This document shows, in pieces, positions 17,323-26,386 of a stretch of DNA of 55,713 nucleotides. The notes beneath the pieces were generated by a model that was given only the letters and a program-made list of their open reading frames with translations, was not told where the DNA came from and did no database searches. Both the position numbers and the translations under genes were made by a program. Numbering within the stretch: position 1 is the first letter of the stretch; each line of letters begins with the position of its first letter. The DNA comes from a virus (Duplodnaviria > Caudoviricetes): positions 1-55,713 of IMG/VR virus record IMGVR_UViG_3300037852_000225; one strand, given 5' to 3'.

Positions 17323-18175
17323 TTATTTTTTGTTAATATTAGTCCAATGTGTTAATTGAACATACCCGCCATCAACTTTGATAATAACTATTGGGTCTCT
17401 AAAAATGTTCCTTGGGACAATCCTGAAATTTCTTACATTTTTTCCAACGGTATCCATTAAAGATATTTCAGCAACTATTCTTAAAGGCATATCAACTTTT
17501 TCAATAAACACTTGGTCAAGATGTTTTAAGTCTTTGCAGCCGTACAACATTTTAATGTCTTTTACATATTTGTAAGCGTTATCTCCACGATTGCGTTCGC
17601 CAATGGAAAATACGCCATTTGTAGGAACTTCAGGTTTAAGTGACCCATCTGGATTTAATCTTTCTGGCTTTAAATCATCCCTTGTTATTTCCTTCTTCCA
17701 TCCATTTTCATGTGTAAGGATATATCTATCTTCAGGGTTCCCAAGTTTGTTTAACATTAATGTTATTTCATCAATATTAGCAGGAGGTATTTCTCCTTTA
17801 AAATCTGATATTTCACCAATAATTAGATAGTTTTCATTGCATATTTTTGTCAGCCCTTCATCCGAAATAAATACAAATCCTTTAGCCTCCCACTCATTGT
17901 ACAGCTTTGGATTTAGTATTTTGTCATAAGTCAAATCTTTGTCATTAAGGTTTGCAGATTTTAAAAACCCCAATTTATGAAGTGATTTTAATTGACCTGC
18001 CGTATAATTCCCTTTCAATTTTACAGGCTTAGTATCTGAAGCTGGATGGCTTGCAGCCAAAAATATACATCCAGATATAACAAGTAAACAAATGATTGTG
18101 GTTAAAATTTTCTTTTTCATAAACTATTATTTTAAATTGTTAATTAGTTTCTTAATCTGTTCCAGCATCCATAGT
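17309..18175. repeat. 15-bp direct repeats TCCAGCATCCATAGT flanking the 265-aa gene
   Basis: Identical copies at 17309-17323 and 18161-18175. Confidence 0.85.
17323..18120 (-). CDS. Hypothetical protein with N-terminal signal/TM helix (AT-rich inserted gene)
   Basis: MKKKILTTIICLLVISGCIFLAA; C-terminal RDPIV...LTHW. Confidence 0.75.
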   Translation of the reverse strand: MKKKILTTIICLLVISGCIFLAASHPASDTKPVKLKGNYTAGQLKSLHKLGFLKSANLNDKDLTYDKILNPKLYNEWEAKGFVFISDEGLTKICNENYLIIGEISDFKGEIPPANIDEITLMLNKLGNPEDRYILTHENGWKKEITRDDLKPERLNPDGSLKPEVPTNGVFSIGERNRGDNAYKYVKDIKMLYGCKDLKHLDQVFIEKVDMPLRIVAEISLMDTVGKNVRNFRIVPRNIFRDPIVIIKVDGGYVQLTHWTNINKK

Positions 18176-18291
18176 CCTGATAAAGACCTGTCAATTTCAG
18201 TGTCCATTGATCCACTGACCAATGTTTTTTCCTTGGCTTCAAACTCGTCGGTTATCCTTTTCAGTTCGGTTTTTATTTCTTGCTTTTCCAT
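18127..18291 (-). CDS. Small helical hypothetical protein (54 aa, absent from ORF track)
   Basis: MEKQEIKTELKRITDEFEAKEKTLVSGSMDTEIDRSLSGLWMLEQIKKLINNLK. Confidence 0.6.
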   Translation of the reverse strand: MEKQEIKTELKRITDEFEAKEKTLVSGSMDTEIDRSLSGLWMLEQIKKLINNLK

Positions 18292-18303
18292 ACGATTTGT
18301 TTT

Positions 18304-18329
18304 AAAAGCAGGATATAGAAATACCCCGC
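18304..18329 (-). terminator. Intrinsic terminator-like hairpin
   Basis: GCGGGGUAU-UUCU-AUAUCCUGC followed by UUUU, downstream of the 145-aa gene. Confidence 0.55.
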
Positions 18330-18351
18330 TAACGATTGCTTGTCAGAAAAA

Positions 18352-18789
18352 TTAGAAGTTTATGCCTACCCCTGTTAACAGGACAAATTGCTGTTGGGTG
18401 AAATCATACCCCGGACCTAATTGAATAATTCCAGCGGTTCCTGGTATACCAACAGCCAATCCGGCTGTTCCTGTAATTTGTTTTCCATTGGTGCCAATAA
18501 ACCCAAGTAAAGAAACCGAATATTGAATGACCCATGAATTACTTGGTGTATCGAACTTATCGTGAAGGAACGCGACGCCAAAACCTCCCGCAAGTGAAGC
18601 ACCTGTTGAAACGGTAGCGGTTACATCAACAATCGGTTTAAAGAAGTTTTTAGTGAGTGCTGTCGGTGCCGCAGTCCCTAATCGATGGGTTGCCTTCTCG
18701 GATTCAGTTGGCAATGCAGCTTTCTTAAAAAACTGCGCATTAACAGATAACGATCCCGCGATTGCCAATAGGAAAAATAATACTTTCAT
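18352..18789 (-). CDS. Secreted putative outer-membrane beta-strand protein
   Basis: Signal peptide ending VNA-Q, amphipathic Gly-rich strands, C-terminal GVGINF. Confidence 0.65.
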   Translation of the reverse strand: MKVLFFLLAIAGSLSVNAQFFKKAALPTESEKATHRLGTAAPTALTKNFFKPIVDVTATVSTGASLAGGFGVAFLHDKFDTPSNSWVIQYSVSLLGFIGTNGKQITGTAGLAVGIPGTAGIIQLGPGYDFTQQQFVLLTGVGINF

Positions 18790-18812
18790 GATATAGTTTT
18801 TATGGTGAATAA

Positions 18813-19079
18813 TTATTTGGCTTCTTCAACTACTAAATAAATTTCAGATGCGTTCATGAGTTTGTATTTTTCATCATCATACCACTGAACGACACCCAAG
18901 TGTGACGGATAACTTACAATTTCGCCTTTTTTAATGACATCTGACGCAGATGCCATTACTATTGCATCCTCCATGATCTCTGTTACTGTACCTGGAATTA
19001 AAATTCCTCCTTTTGACCTTTCAGGCATCGGTAGTGGCTTTACGATTACCCTATCAAAGACTGGGCGGGGTATGCTCAT
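18813..19079 (-). CDS. groES: Co-chaperonin GroES (Cpn10)
   Basis: RPVFDRVIVKP...ERSKGGILIP...KKGEIV...YKLMNASEIYLVV. Confidence 0.9.
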   Translation of the reverse strand: MSIPRPVFDRVIVKPLPMPERSKGGILIPGTVTEIMEDAIVMASASDVIKKGEIVSYPSHLGVVQWYDDEKYKLMNASEIYLVVEEAK

Positions 19080-19204
19080 TTTGAAAAGAATTTTATTATG
19101 ATAAACCGAATGAAAGCGGCTACAGTATTGAATCCATATTTCTCCTTGTTTCTGTTTAATTTTTCTATTAATTTTTGGTCAATAAAAAAATTAAACCGCC
19201 TCAT
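19076..19204 (-). CDS. CopG-like ribbon-helix-helix protein (42 aa, absent from ORF track)
   Basis: MRRFNFFIDQKLIEKLNRNKEKYGFNTVAAFIRFIIIKFFSK; ATGA overlap with groES. Confidence 0.65.
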   Translation of the reverse strand: MRRFNFFIDQKLIEKLNRNKEKYGFNTVAAFIRFIIIKFFSK

Positions 19205-19219
19205 TAAGTTATTTTTTTA

Positions 19220-19267
19220 TAAATGTATGTAGTTTGTGCGTAGGTACCAAATTTATTTTTATATTTG
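19220..19267. promoter_or_regulatory. Divergent Bacteroidota-type promoters between the accessory and structural operons
   Basis: Plus TATATTTG at 19260-19267; minus TACATTTA at 19220-19227 with TTTG 20 nt upstream (19248-19251). Confidence 0.6.
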
Positions 19268-19270
19268 CTT

Positions 19271-19597
19271 ATGGCGCACCCTATCTATATAACCTTCAAA
19301 TTTGAGGAAGATTTGTTTATATGCCAGTGCAAATGGCCACATTACATCTGCAAAGTGGAGCATAAGCCAAATCAAAAAATCCACTCTATTCAGGTGGCAG
19401 GCTATGAAATTTACTGCAACTTCGCTGGAACTCTGGCCGGGTATTATGTTCCAATGGATAAAGCTAAGGTTGCCGAGATTCCAAAGGTATTTGAAGAAAT
19501 GGCGATATTTTATTTAATAGAAAGGATAGGTAAATTCCCAAAAAGGTATGAAAAGTATAAAATCCCCAGTGCAAGAAGTACCGGTAGCACCGCGTAA
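19271..19597 (+). CDS. Hypothetical protein
   Basis: ATG 19271 immediately after the promoter box; intact ORF. Confidence 0.6.
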   Translation: MAHPIYITFKFEEDLFICQCKWPHYICKVEHKPNQKIHSIQVAGYEIYCNFAGTLAGYYVPMDKAKVAEIPKVFEEMAIFYLIERIGKFPKRYEKYKIPSARSTGSTA

Positions 19598-20228
19598 CAA
19601 CGTGATTGTCAAAATTTCGCAGCGTTTTTACGATTCCGTGAAGTTTGATTCAGGCGTCGTCCTTTATTTCGATCCGTCCTGGGATCCGTCAGAATATGCG
19701 ATGCTTGAAGGGGTCGTTGAATCTGTGCCAAGATCAATCATGAAACGAAAGGACTATGAAGGATTTTCGGCAGATGGCATCAAGCGTGGCGACAGGATAC
19801 TTTTCAGGTATGATGTAATTTTTTCATATTTATCGCAACCGGACCGTGATTCAGTGAGGTTTAAGAATGAAATATGGTGGCATGAAACATCCTACTGGAA
19901 AGTTGATATTCAGAAAATATTCTGTACCGTTCACGGCGATGCCAAAAGTTTCAGCGGCCTAAAATATTCTATGCTTAACGGGTACGTCCTGTGCGACCTG
20001 ATTACAGAATACAAGTCAGACCTGTATTCCGACAACATTATCCGACCGGAATCTGAAAAAATGGTGGTAAGGCTGGACCGTGCAAAAGTGAAAGCTATTG
20101 GTGAAAACAACCTTGAAGTTCAGCCGGGAGATACGATCTGGTTTTCTCCAAAAATACCGCAGGTGTACTCCCTTAACCGTAAAAAATTCATCATCGTCAG
20201 CCAAAGGCATATATTGGCTGTAACATAA
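19548..20228 (+). CDS. GroES-like (tandem Cpn10-fold) phage protein
   Basis: GVVESVP...IKRGDRILFRY and AKVKAIG...VQPGDTIWF...IIVSQRHILA repeats. Confidence 0.6.
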   Translation: MKSIKSPVQEVPVAPRNNVIVKISQRFYDSVKFDSGVVLYFDPSWDPSEYAMLEGVVESVPRSIMKRKDYEGFSADGIKRGDRILFRYDVIFSYLSQPDRDSVRFKNEIWWHETSYWKVDIQKIFCTVHGDAKSFSGLKYSMLNGYVLCDLITEYKSDLYSDNIIRPESEKMVVRLDRAKVKAIGENNLEVQPGDTIWFSPKIPQVYSLNRKKFIIVSQRHILAVT

Positions 20229-20280
20229 TTTCTTCAAAACTCCTAAAAAATGTTTAATTTGCGGGAACTCACCCCATTAA

Positions 20281-20961
20281 ATGACATTAGACGATATTCA
20301 CAAATTTTATTTTTACTGCCTTGGTAAATCTCAAGGAGTCGAGTTCCCTCCGGAAGATGTAGACGCAACACTTGACTTCGCCCAGATGGGGTTGTTCAAT
20401 GATTATTACGATGAGTTTGGTAAATCTCAAAGACTAAATGACGCGCTGGCCCCTTTCAAGGGGCAGTTTCAGTTTACCAATGTTACAAGTCCAACCGGGC
20501 TAATCACCATGCCGGGAGATTACGCTCACCTTCTTTCGGTGGTCCCTACGGTGTTTGATTCAGTCCGGCAGGTCCCAAAAAACCTACCTTGCCCTATCAT
20601 TAATGAAGACGAGAAGGCAGCCAGGGATGCAAGCCAGATATACCCTCCAACGCCAAACAGGCCATACGGGATGATTGTTCAAAACTGGAATGTGCAGCTT
20701 TACCCACAGGTGGCACAGGCCGGGACAGTATTTTACCTGAAACGACCACCAAAGCCTAAATTCGCGTACGGTGTTGTCTCTGGAAGGGTGATTGTTTATG
20801 ATCCAAGCAATTCTGTTCAACTTGCCTGGGCGGAAAAAGATGTTGCTTCTATCTTGGTCAAAGCATTGTCCTACGCCGGTCTGAATATGCTTACAAATGA
20901 CGTTTTGATGTGGGCACAGGGCAAAGACACTTCTAATATAAACACTAAAGACAAATTGTAA
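20281..20961 (+). CDS. Tail ring/head-tail adaptor protein (crAss-like)
   Basis: AQMGLFNDY, YLKRPPKPKFAY, LSYAGL patterns; size and position before the muzzle gene. Confidence 0.65.
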   Translation: MTLDDIHKFYFYCLGKSQGVEFPPEDVDATLDFAQMGLFNDYYDEFGKSQRLNDALAPFKGQFQFTNVTSPTGLITMPGDYAHLLSVVPTVFDSVRQVPKNLPCPIINEDEKAARDASQIYPPTPNRPYGMIVQNWNVQLYPQVAQAGTVFYLKRPPKPKFAYGVVSGRVIVYDPSNSVQLAWAEKDVASILVKALSYAGLNMLTNDVLMWAQGKDTSNINTKDKL

Positions 20962-21626
20962 TGGTCACATTGGGCCGGCTATCCGAAGAAATTTTACTAC
21001 TGCTATCAGGCGGAAGGATAGGCGCTGGGACAAAGTTTTCGATAGAAGAGGTGCGGATATCAATTTGCCAGGTTGCAAATCAACTTTTGAAAATAGAAAT
21101 GCTTACAGCGGATATCCCAATGGGCAATGTCATCCCGTCGGGAGCCGCTATAGGAACATACGAGAAAAATCTCGTCGTACAATACAAAACAAAGTCTAAG
21201 ACAACTCTTCCATGCTTCCCGCTAAAACTTCCAAGGAATATGGGAGTGTTTCAGATTTTTGATCCCGCAAACCCGTATAATGAATTTATCCCGGTCGAAC
21301 TTGGTCAGGCATCCATGATACAGGGCAACCCAATATTGTCAAACCTGTCAGGATTTACAGGGTATGAATGTGCAGGGATGGACGTACTCTTTACAAAAGA
21401 TATTACGACACCCAACACTCCCGTATATGTGACAATGCGGTTGGTGGTTCTTGATTTCAGTTTGTATGGCGACTGGGATATTTTGCCTCTGGCACCTGAT
21501 ATGGAGTTTCAGATTAAAAATGAAGTAGTGAAATTATATTCCAGCGAGCCGATTGCAGATAAAACTATCGATTCCGGAACAAAAGAACAAAAAGGTATTC
21601 CGCTTAAAGTACAAGAACAGCCGTGA
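20961..21626 (+). CDS. Putative tail ring protein
   Basis: About 220 aa, LPCFPLKLP...PLAPDME, coupled in the ring-protein series. Confidence 0.55.
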   Translation: MVTLGRLSEEILLLLSGGRIGAGTKFSIEEVRISICQVANQLLKIEMLTADIPMGNVIPSGAAIGTYEKNLVVQYKTKSKTTLPCFPLKLPRNMGVFQIFDPANPYNEFIPVELGQASMIQGNPILSNLSGFTGYECAGMDVLFTKDITTPNTPVYVTMRLVVLDFSLYGDWDILPLAPDMEFQIKNEVVKLYSSEPIADKTIDSGTKEQKGIPLKVQEQP

Positions 21627-22387
21627 AAATACAAAGTCTCGACTATATGACCCGTTCGCTTCTTAGGCAGAAAGGCTATCCATTGCATTTTTACATGCAG
21701 TTCCTGGGTTACATGGCTGACTGCCTTCGTGAACTCACTTTTGATACTCTTCGTGTAGTCAATACCGTTCAGTTAACAGTCAGTCAACAGGACTTCACGG
21801 CACCACTCCCATGCGATTATGTTGACTATACAAAAGTGGGAACAATGATGGGGCAGTTTGTAAGGCCAATTCCTGAAATAGAAACGATAAACAGGTTGCC
21901 GGCAAAACTTCCGAACGGTCAGAATACAACTTATGGGAATGCGGGTGGAGTCGTAGTTGATGATTTTCCCATTTGGCCAGGTATGTGGATATGGAGCAAC
22001 ATCGATGACTTGGGTGAAAACATAGGTCGGATGTATGGTTGGCCGGCAGACTACCGGACGGATGGGTTTAAAATAATTCCAGAGCGAAATATCATTCAAT
22101 TTACAGAGACTTTCGATATGCCAACCTGCGTATTGGAATATATTTCGGATGGCCAGACTATTGACAACGCCAGCGCAGTTGACGCCCGCGCACAGAAAAC
22201 TATCGAAACTTATTGCGACTGGCAATGGAGATGGCATACTGGCAAAAGGTCACCGGCAGAAATTGATATGGCATACAGGATGTACGTAAAAGAATGGAAG
22301 AAACTTAGAGCAAGGCTTTCATCTCTCACTATCAGCGATATCAAACAGGCATTACACAGAAACTTTAAACTTTCTATCAAAACATGA
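21623..22387 (+). CDS. Putative tail ring protein
   Basis: LRELTFD...LPCDYVDYTKV...LEYISDG...LRARLSSL pattern. Confidence 0.65.
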   Translation: MKIQSLDYMTRSLLRQKGYPLHFYMQFLGYMADCLRELTFDTLRVVNTVQLTVSQQDFTAPLPCDYVDYTKVGTMMGQFVRPIPEIETINRLPAKLPNGQNTTYGNAGGVVVDDFPIWPGMWIWSNIDDLGENIGRMYGWPADYRTDGFKIIPERNIIQFTETFDMPTCVLEYISDGQTIDNASAVDARAQKTIETYCDWQWRWHTGKRSPAEIDMAYRMYVKEWKKLRARLSSLTISDIKQALHRNFKLSIKT

Positions 22388-22404
22388 CTTAACGCAATAC
22401 ATCC

Positions 22405-25400
22405 ATGCAATACGAAAAAAAATATATGGGTCGTGTGGCGCTCGATGCGGATAGCGATGTATTTGCACTGGGAGAGAACTCTATTGTAAATTCAGAAAAT
22501 TTCCGTACGCTGTCAACAGATACAGGCGTGGTAGAAACACTCGAATCGGTAGGCGGGACACTTCTTATTCCAAATAGCGATCTTTCGGCAACAGGCGTGA
22601 ACTGGTGCATAGGCGGTGGAACAGACTGGTCTAACAGGAGACAGATATTTGCTATATGGAACTCACTCGGTAACCATGGGATTTTCTGTTTTGACTATAT
22701 AGCGGATAAAATTTTTACCGTCCTTTTAAATGCCGATGTGATTGGCGGGCTAAACTTTGACAAATACCATTTCATCCACAGTATGCGCATTGAAAATGGG
22801 TGCGCTTATTGGACGGATAATTTCAATGAGCCGCGCAGAGTTGACATAAATGCCGGGATCAATCTTCATCAACCGAATACATTCCCTGGATACCTACCTT
22901 ACCAGTCACCAATGAATCCATGGGTTATCGCATGGATAAGAAGGCAACCTGGACAGGATCCAACAAGCATAAGGCTTACCGACACAACTTATATAAACAA
23001 TTTCATAAAATATGAGGCTTTTAAATTTTCTTATCGGTATCAGTACAGAAATTTTGAATTAAGCACTCTTTCCGGATTATCTGCCCTGTCTAATTACAAC
23101 CGTGAATTAATTGATACATATAACAGGATCGATGTTTCCCTTCCGGTTGGGGAGAAAATAGATCAGGACATCATTCAGATTGACTTGGTTGCTTATTATG
23201 TTAATTCAAATACCTATTTCATCATCAAATCGTGGACAACTTCGACCGATGCAGCAGCTATTGCTGCGCATAATGCCGGAACCACTCCGCTTACCTTTCA
23301 GTTTTTTAATGATTTCACCGGAATAGCCATCGATCCACTTTATGCAGTGAAACCATTCGATAGCCTCCCGATTTATTGCCAGACTATTGAAATTGCAAGA
23401 TTGAGAGGGTTTATGGCCAATTACACTATTGGGTATACAGCACCGACCACTACTTCGCTTGGTCTTGCACCGCGTCAGGGAGGGAACGGGAGCCAGGTCA
23501 TAGGAAAATGGTTCTTTTTTAAATGGAAGTCAATTTGCGGTGGTTTTCCATCAGAAACATCTTTTTATATCATAGATATCAGTGATATACCGCAAAGCAG
23601 CAATCCTGGCTATTATATTTATGTTCCTGGAGGATACCCGCCATTTGCACCGAGTATCGACTGGTCCTATTTTGCATTCAGGGGAGCTTCACTTTTTGAT
23701 ATTATGAATTATTACGGCAGTGGTTGTACTAATTATATAGAGGAATTTACTTATCAGAATGCGACTTCCATAATTTTAAACCCTCCATCGGCACCATTTC
23801 TTATCGGCCAGAGGGCGATGAAATCTGATGCGTCTTACGCTGCAACAATAACTTTTTTTGATTACGCCGGACGTAAAGCGGGGATTGTCAATTCTCCAGT
23901 TAAAGTATATATCCCCGACAGAATATATGGTCAGGTCCAGTGGGTAACTGGTATTGACTGGGTACTTAGTAACCTTAATGCGCTGGTTGAAATACCTCCA
24001 TGGGCCGCCTCCTATTCTATAAACATAACGCAATGTCTAAGGACTCGGTTCTTCCTGCAAATGCACGGGAAGGCTGCTGCTTATGCAACTAAAGATGCGT
24101 CTGGAAATTATGTTTTTACTACAAATAGCTTTGCTCCGAATCTTAATGGATGCGCATTTGACATCACTCTTCTTGATTCTTATCAGATGGGGTATGTATG
24201 GCAACCAGGATCAGGAGACGTAATAAAAATATATTTCATAACAGGGACATCTGCTTCATTGCAGATAATTGGGCAGGTCGGAAACTGGCTTATTACTGAA
24301 CTTCGCCCATTGGGTACTTTTGATGCTTTTACCAAATTCTTGTTTGAAATATATACGCCTTATAAAGCGACAGCAACAGAACCTTATTTTGAAGTTGGGC
24401 AGCAATTCCCAATTATTAACCCGGGAACAGTCAACAGACAATATAGTGTGACAGCCGGTACGATAAAGGGAGACATTACCCTTCTTGACAGAAATGATGG
24501 GATTGACTACCTGACAGAAGCTATGAGTCCAAACGATAAACTGTATAAAAATTGGAATACAGATATCGGAAGGCCGAATTTCATTGATCCGATAGGGCAG
24601 GTCGTCAGGCAGAACAGTATTGCTTATTCCAACACTTTTATACAGGGAAGTCATATCAACGGGCTTTCGACATTTGATCCACTCGACGTCAAGGATATTT
24701 CAGCCGATTATGGGCCAATCAACAAATTGCAGTTGGCAAGCAAAGTGCAGAAAACAGGGTCTATTATGCTGGCCATTTGTGGAGGTGGCGAAACAGCATC
24801 GCTGTACCTTGGTGAGCGAACACTTATGGATACCGCAGGCGGAAATACTCTCATGCAATCCATAGATGTTATCGGAACAGTAAACACACTGAAAGGAGAA
24901 CGAGGTACTCTTAATCCTGAATCCGTTTTCGAGCATCGCGGGAATGTTTATTGGTTTGATGTGCAAAATGGAAAATGGGTCCAGTATGCTGATAACGGGC
25001 TCTTTGATGTATCGAATTATAAAATGAACCGTTTTTGGAAGTTGTTTGCAGACCAGTATAAATCAATGACTCCGCAGCAGATAGAGGCATTCGGAAACCG
25101 CCCGTTTGTAGTATCATGCGTGGACCCGCATCATGGTGAACTTCTATGCTCTATTCCTAAAACACTCGCTGATCCGCCCAAAGGATATTTGCCAGACTAT
25201 CCATCTATGCCATATCCTTTCGATATTTTCGATGGCTTAGGAAAAACGCTGATTTACAAATTATTTGCCGAACCTAATAAATGGCAAGGAGCTATCAGAA
25301 TGACACCTGATTTTATGTTTTATATTGAAGACAACCTGTTTGCCTTTAACCAAGGGCAATTATACAGATGCAATAATACTGCGACACCAGCGAACTTCTT

Positions 25401-25776
25401 TGGAGTTCAGTATAAAGCAAGGGTAATGACAGCTTCTAATCACATGCCTAACAAGCCAAAAGTGTATAAAAATGTAGCTATCGAAGGAAACATGACACCT
25501 TCATTAAGCTATTATTATACCAAATACCCGTGGCTTATGGCAACTGACCTGTTGAGTTGGAATTACTCACTAAGGGAGGGCATACCATACAGTACATTAT
25601 TCAGAAATAAACTCGATCCAAAATGGTGGCCGGATATGCAAACATCATTATTGAGAGGGGAGGAAATGAGAACGGTTGCACTTCTGGCACTCTATGAATT
25701 TGATGTCAGCCAAGGTCCATGTGAATTAAAATTTGTAAATTTTGGCTTCAGCATATCGCTTGGCCACACAGTATAA
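22405..25776 (+). CDS. Tail stabilisation/muzzle protein (P22 gp10-like, crAss-like)
   Basis: 1123 aa; YWTDNFNEPRRVDI, FSYRYQY, GTLNPES, YWFD, NFFGVQY, REG motifs. Confidence 0.75.
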   Translation: MQYEKKYMGRVALDADSDVFALGENSIVNSENFRTLSTDTGVVETLESVGGTLLIPNSDLSATGVNWCIGGGTDWSNRRQIFAIWNSLGNHGIFCFDYIADKIFTVLLNADVIGGLNFDKYHFIHSMRIENGCAYWTDNFNEPRRVDINAGINLHQPNTFPGYLPYQSPMNPWVIAWIRRQPGQDPTSIRLTDTTYINNFIKYEAFKFSYRYQYRNFELSTLSGLSALSNYNRELIDTYNRIDVSLPVGEKIDQDIIQIDLVAYYVNSNTYFIIKSWTTSTDAAAIAAHNAGTTPLTFQFFNDFTGIAIDPLYAVKPFDSLPIYCQTIEIARLRGFMANYTIGYTAPTTTSLGLAPRQGGNGSQVIGKWFFFKWKSICGGFPSETSFYIIDISDIPQSSNPGYYIYVPGGYPPFAPSIDWSYFAFRGASLFDIMNYYGSGCTNYIEEFTYQNATSIILNPPSAPFLIGQRAMKSDASYAATITFFDYAGRKAGIVNSPVKVYIPDRIYGQVQWVTGIDWVLSNLNALVEIPPWAASYSINITQCLRTRFFLQMHGKAAAYATKDASGNYVFTTNSFAPNLNGCAFDITLLDSYQMGYVWQPGSGDVIKIYFITGTSASLQIIGQVGNWLITELRPLGTFDAFTKFLFEIYTPYKATATEPYFEVGQQFPIINPGTVNRQYSVTAGTIKGDITLLDRNDGIDYLTEAMSPNDKLYKNWNTDIGRPNFIDPIGQVVRQNSIAYSNTFIQGSHINGLSTFDPLDVKDISADYGPINKLQLASKVQKTGSIMLAICGGGETASLYLGERTLMDTAGGNTLMQSIDVIGTVNTLKGERGTLNPESVFEHRGNVYWFDVQNGKWVQYADNGLFDVSNYKMNRFWKLFADQYKSMTPQQIEAFGNRPFVVSCVDPHHGELLCSIPKTLADPPKGYLPDYPSMPYPFDIFDGLGKTLIYKLFAEPNKWQGAIRMTPDFMFYIEDNLFAFNQGQLYRCNNTATPANFFGVQYKARVMTASNHMPNKPKVYKNVAIEGNMTPSLSYYYTKYPWLMATDLLSWNYSLREGIPYSTLFRNKLDPKWWPDMQTSLLRGEEMRTVALLALYEFDVSQGPCELKFVNFGFSISLGHTV

Positions 25777-25787
25777 ATATTAAAGTT

Positions 25788-26378
25788 ATGGGAGCCGCCG
25801 GTGGAATCATGCAAGGGGTTGGTGCCATACTGGGGACAGTAGGAGGCATCGCAGCAAATATATCTGGGGATCAGTTGCGGCAAAATCTTTTACGTCTGGG
25901 AGGAACCGATCCTCAATATCAGGCCAATCCGCTTGCCGGCCAGAGACTTTCTCTTGCCCAAACATTACTCAATGCCCGTATGCCAGGAGCACAGAATATG
26001 GAGCGGAATATCCAATCCAATCAGGCAACGAGCATGAACAATATCCAGCGGGGCGCTACCGATGGATCACAGGTTCTTAGCATGGGCGCTCAATCCCAGG
26101 GGCAGACAAATCAGGCTAATGCCAATCTTGGAACCCAAGAACAACAGGATTATTACAACAGATTAGGAAATCTTTCATCTGCCCAGCAAGGATCTATAAA
26201 TGAAGGCGACAAAGTGTATATGGACCAGATTCGACGCTGGCAGGATTCAGTGAATCTTGCTATGGCCAGAAATAATGTCCGTCAGCAGCAGGGTCAGACG
26301 ATGACCAATATGGGAAGCATGTGGGCTGGAATGGGCGCATCCATGGGCGGCGGCGGTGGGGCACCAGGAGGTAAATAA
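25788..26378 (+). CDS. Putative ejection/cargo protein
   Basis: Gly/Ala-rich hydrophobic termini, Gln/Asn-rich helical core, directly after the muzzle gene. Confidence 0.6.
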   Translation: MGAAGGIMQGVGAILGTVGGIAANISGDQLRQNLLRLGGTDPQYQANPLAGQRLSLAQTLLNARMPGAQNMERNIQSNQATSMNNIQRGATDGSQVLSMGAQSQGQTNQANANLGTQEQQDYYNRLGNLSSAQQGSINEGDKVYMDQIRRWQDSVNLAMARNNVRQQQGQTMTNMGSMWAGMGASMGGGGGAPGGK

Positions 26379-26386
26379 TAATTTAT

